Positions 32,739 to 36,645 of a stretch of 36,645 nucleotides of DNA are shown here, piece by piece; the stretch's first letter is position 1; the number at the start of each line of letters is the position of its first letter. The translations under genes and the position numbers were made by a program. The notes under the pieces are model-generated. The model did no database searches, was not told where the DNA came from, and saw only the letters and a list, made by a program, of their open reading frames with translations. Origin of the DNA: Ministeria vibrans ATCC 50519 (lineage: Eukaryota > Protista > Filasterea); assembly GCA_943704425.1 (NCBI GenBank), contig CALSCP010001075.1, forward strand, positions 1 through 36,645, read 5' to 3'.

Positions 32739-34783
32739 ATGCAACTCTTACTCCTTCTCACGTGCGCCCTCCTCGCCACCACTCGCTCTCAACCGGCGCA
32801 AGTCTTCAGCAGCGACGGAAACTTGACGCTGGCACCGGCGCACAACCGCTCGGTGGTCGTGCACGGCGAGCTTGTCGTTAAGGGCTCCAGGGCGATGACA
32901 TCCGCCGACGTCGACGCCGCCCTGGCCACGCTGGAGGCGCAGATCGGCGCGCTGGAGGCACAGACGGCAGCATGCTCGTGTGCCGCCCCCTCTGCAACGA
33001 CGTCTGCGGTGTTTAACACGACGTGGGACACGACCAAGGTCACCGCAGGCTCAAGCGCACTCGATCAAATTCGGTTGCCGCTCGAAGCAACCGGGTCGTA
33101 CAACTTCACGGTCGTGTGGGGCGACGGGACGCAGGATCGCGTCACGGCACACGATGACGCTGCAGTGACGCACACGTACAGCCAGGAGGGCGTCTATGCG
33201 GTGGTGATTGAAGGCTCGATTGAAGGATGGCGCTTTAACAATGGTGGCGACAAGGCAAAATTGCTGTCGGTGACGCAGTGGGGACCGCTTCGTCTGGGAA
33301 ACAACGGCGGCTATTTCTACGGCACATCGAACATGGAGATTGTCGCCACAGACCTGCTCGACCTGACGAACACAATGGACCTTTCTAGAGCATTTACAGA
33401 TTCGGGCATTGGTGGAGAAGGCAATCTCAACGATTGGGATGTGAGCAAAGTAACAACACCTCCCCCCTCAAACAAAAAGAAAAACAAAAAGAAAGAGAAT
33501 ATGTAGCCAATAAGAATACTGTTGTGATTTAGGTGACGTCGATGACGTGGATGTTTTCGGATGCGAGTTCGTTCGATCAGCCGCTCAACAAGTGGAATGT
33601 CAGTCAAGTAAGATTATTTAATCTTAGTTTTTTATGAACTTGTCTGTTGTCACATTTTGTTTAAAAACTTGTTGGGGTTGACTTTCCCCCTGCTATTTTA
33701 TATATATATTTTTACTGCGTTTAGTTATAAACTCTATCTCTTAATCTGTTCCTGTTTCATCTCACTTTGTTTTATTCCATCTCTTTTATTATTGTTTTTA
33801 AAAATAATAATAAACTCTATCTCGTGTTCTCTTAAAATGTGCCCCTGTTTGTCTCACTCTGTTTATTCCATCTCTTTTAGGTTAGTTCTATGTCTCAAAT
33901 GTTCTTATTTGCTTCCAAATTCAATCAACCACTCAACGATTGGGACACAAGTTCGGTAACAGACCCAAAGAAAAAAACATGTCATTCTTCCTTCAGCAAC
34001 AATAATAATATTAATTTATTAATATTAATTGTACCAAATGGAAACGATAATCACCCAATCAATAATCCATCCAAATACAATAATTATGCAACCACGTATA
34101 ATACGGCACTCAAACTTTCACCCAATAATTCAACAAACCACCCATCAATTTCTACTCTCTTGCACATTTTTCACACTCTCGTGTTGAATTTCAGGTGACG
34201 GAGATGGTTAGTATGTTTTCTGCTGCGTCGTTGTTCAATCAGCCGCTCGACTATTGGAACACTTCTAAAGTACGCAACAGATTATTATTTTGATTAATAT
34301 GATGTTGTGTGTGTATGTGAGAGACTGATTGCTTTTTTTTTTCAGGTTCTTTCGATGAACTCCATGTTTCGACTTGCCTCTGCGTTCAACCAGTCCCTTA
34401 ACAATTGGGACACAAGTTCGGTCAGCACTCACAAACTGGAGAGAATATTATTAATAATTATATTATTTTAATGTTTTTTTTTTGGCTTAGGTCACTGGAA
34501 TGATCCGAATGTTCAATGGTGCGTCTTTGTTTGACCAGCCACTCGACAATTGGGATGTCAGCAAAGTACGACTGATTTTAACACAATTATTGTTAATTAC
34601 TGACTTTGTAACTCCCATTCTTCAAAGGTTTCGGGCATGGACAACATGTTTGAGGGTGCAACTGTGTTCAATCAGGATCTATCGCCGTGGTGTGTCGCTG
34701 GGTTTGGTGCTGCTCCGGTTGATTTTGATACGGATGCTTTGGGGTGGTCTCGGCCGCGACCAGTTTGGGGGACGTGTCCTTGA
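32739..34783 (+). CDS. Secreted DUF285/BspA-type repeat protein with PKD-like domain, 7 exons
   Basis: Signal peptide MQLLLLLTCALLA, short coiled coil, VVWGDGT...THTY, 25-aa repeats VxxMxxMFxxAxxFNQPLxxWDxSx, and C-terminal PVWGTCP. Exons 32739-33449, 33533-33607, 33881-33955, 34195-34269, 34346-34420, 34491-34565, 34628-34783. Confidence 0.9.
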
Positions 34784-35079
34784 GCTGGCTTGTTGTGTGT
34801 GTGTGTGTGTGTGTGTGTTTTGTGTGCAAGGCGGCGTTCTCTTGGAGACGAACCATCCTAGTGCGTGTCGCGCTCAGAAAGCACTCAATGCCCATACTAA
34901 CACACACCCTCACCCAATAACACTCACACGTTCTTCTTTCCTCACTCAAACCATCATTTCTATTGCTTTTGATTTTGTCAATTCATAAGGTATCTATGCT
35001 TACTTTTTCTTTCGCTCCTTCACTTTCCTTGGATCTAATCTTAGTCACTCCTTAAGTTCCTCGACGCTAATCATCTTCA

Positions 35080-36187
35080 TTACATTCTTTCCTCAACGGT
35101 TGCGCTTGAGTTTTCTTCGTCTTTCATCCAATGTCCTATTCTACATCGCACAGCTTTCCAGAAGGGTGTCTCTCGTGACAAATAGTCTATGCCTTGATGA
35201 TAGGAACGACGAAAAATCCCCCTTGAACTTCTTTTTTCAAATTTTTGAACAAAATCAACTAAGAAATAATACACTTCGAAATTAAACACCAAAAAAAAGT
35301 CAAAGGCTAATGGGCAGCACACTCTTAACCTGCAGGGCCGTGCCACGACGACTTGTCTCCCACTGCAGCGACAACTGGACGGCATAAAGGAAGGCGCGGT
35401 GCGTGGTATAATGGGAGTGGGTGGGGCTGACTTGGGTGTAGAAGTTGAGTGGTTTACAGGTGCTCTCGACATGCGTGATGGTGTCGAGAATGTCGGACGA
35501 TGTGCCAACGGGCCAAGTGAGGCCTACAAAATCGACGAGAAAGGAAGGGGTCAATGAGAAACCGCAGGGGTACACGGCACAATTCTTACGCATATGCGTA
35601 TTGAAGTAGGACTTCTTTTTGCAGCGAGCCACGAGCGAGCAGGGCATGAGACCCACCACTCGCTCCATCATGGCCATGTGTTCCAGGTTGTCGTGAGTTT
35701 GGAAGAGTACTCGACCTAAAACAAAAGAAAGAGTGAGACAAAACGAGTGAAGTCCCACCTGAAATGAATATAAAAAAGGTTTGTGTTTCGATACCAGTGT
35801 ACAGTTCAAGCAGAATACACCCAACACTCCAAATGTCACACGGATGGGACCACCCGATTTCTATAAGACACAGAGTTTAGTTGGAGTTACACATAGACAC
35901 ACACAGTCGTACCTAAAATGACTTCGGGCGCGCGATAGTGACGCGTGGAGACAACCGTCGTGTGGCGGCCTGTCTCCCATGTGGCACTCCCAAAATCAAT
36001 AATGCGAATGGAATTGTTTGCGAGTCGTTTTGAGCTCTATAGAAAATAAGGAAACTTAATTTACTTCATTGTGTGTGTGTGTGTGATATTGTGCTTACTG
36101 AGTCAGCGCGCAGCATGGCGCCGCTGACAAGGACAATGTTCTCTGGCTTGAGATCTGTGTGTGTTAGTCGACATGTGCGATGCAGAA
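35080..36187 (-). CDS. LAMMER/CLK-family dual-specificity kinase, 3' part (5' exons beyond the window; last exon uncertain)
   Basis: [30 protein letters not shown] and [17 protein letters not shown] (LAMMER motif variant). Confidence 0.85.
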
Positions 36188-36261
36188 CTGCAAGAAGAAC
36201 AGGGGGAGCGAGTGAGTGTTTTATATCTCCATCCCAACAAAAAAAAGTCGAATAAAGACAC

Positions 36262-36645
36262 ACAAATCAATCGACTACAATTAATCCCATTCAAATCTAT
36301 TAAAATCAATCCCATTCAAACACAAATCAATCTATTAAGATTACTCCCATTCAAACACAGAGTACAATCAATCCCATCCAAACACAAATCAATCTATTAA
36401 GATGAATCCCATTCAAACACAAATCAATCTATTAAGATTACTCCCATTCACACACAAATCAATCTATTAAGATTACTCCCATTCAAACACAGAGTACAAT
36501 CAATCCCATTGAAACACAAATCAATCTATTAAGATGAATCCCATTCAAACACAAATCAATCTATTAAGATTACTCCCATTCAAACACAGAGTACAATCAA
36601 TCCCATCCAAACACAAATCAATCTATTAAGATGAATCCCATTCAA
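36262..36645. repeat. Intronic minisatellite with 35/27/35-bp subunits (97-bp higher-order unit)
   Basis: A=CCCATTCAAACACAAATCAATCTATTAAGATTACT, B=CCCATTCAAACACAGAGTACAATCAAT, C=CCCATyyAAACACAAATCAATCTATTAAGATGAAT; order ABC AA'BC ABC from 36311. Confidence 0.92.

Noticed and set aside
36262-36645. CRISPR-like array
   Set aside because: The intervening sequences are repeated rather than unique, there are no cas genes, and the context is a eukaryotic intron.

Overview
Intron-rich eukaryotic DNA, probably from a protist (GC-rich exons, AT-rich GT-AG introns, two N-gaps). The first 9 kb is a dispersed 5S rRNA cluster: four near-identical copies whose spacers hold a perfect hairpin, an intronless 645-aa membrane-protein ORF, and a TIR-bounded hAT transposon with an intact spliced transposase. 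The middle carries a DAP/ornithine decarboxylase-family gene, alpha-tubulin acetyltransferase, glycogenin, a TPR-like protein, an arylsulfatase, a CDGSH + FMN glutamate-synthase-like protein and a MENTAL-like 4-TM protein. The most notable locus is 24004-32384. Four ORFs there splice in frame, with a short first exon, into one ~2660-aa protein: caspase-like protease, ANK/TPR-like repeats, LRR, Roc GTPase, partial COR, pseudo-caspase, then an NB-ARC-type STAND ATPase. Directly downstream is a secreted DUF285/BspA-type gene in which each internal 25-aa repeat is its own 75-nt phase-0 exon. The window ends in a LAMMER/CLK kinase gene with an intronic minisatellite. All gene models were spliced by eye and family calls come from motif recognition; no database searches were run.
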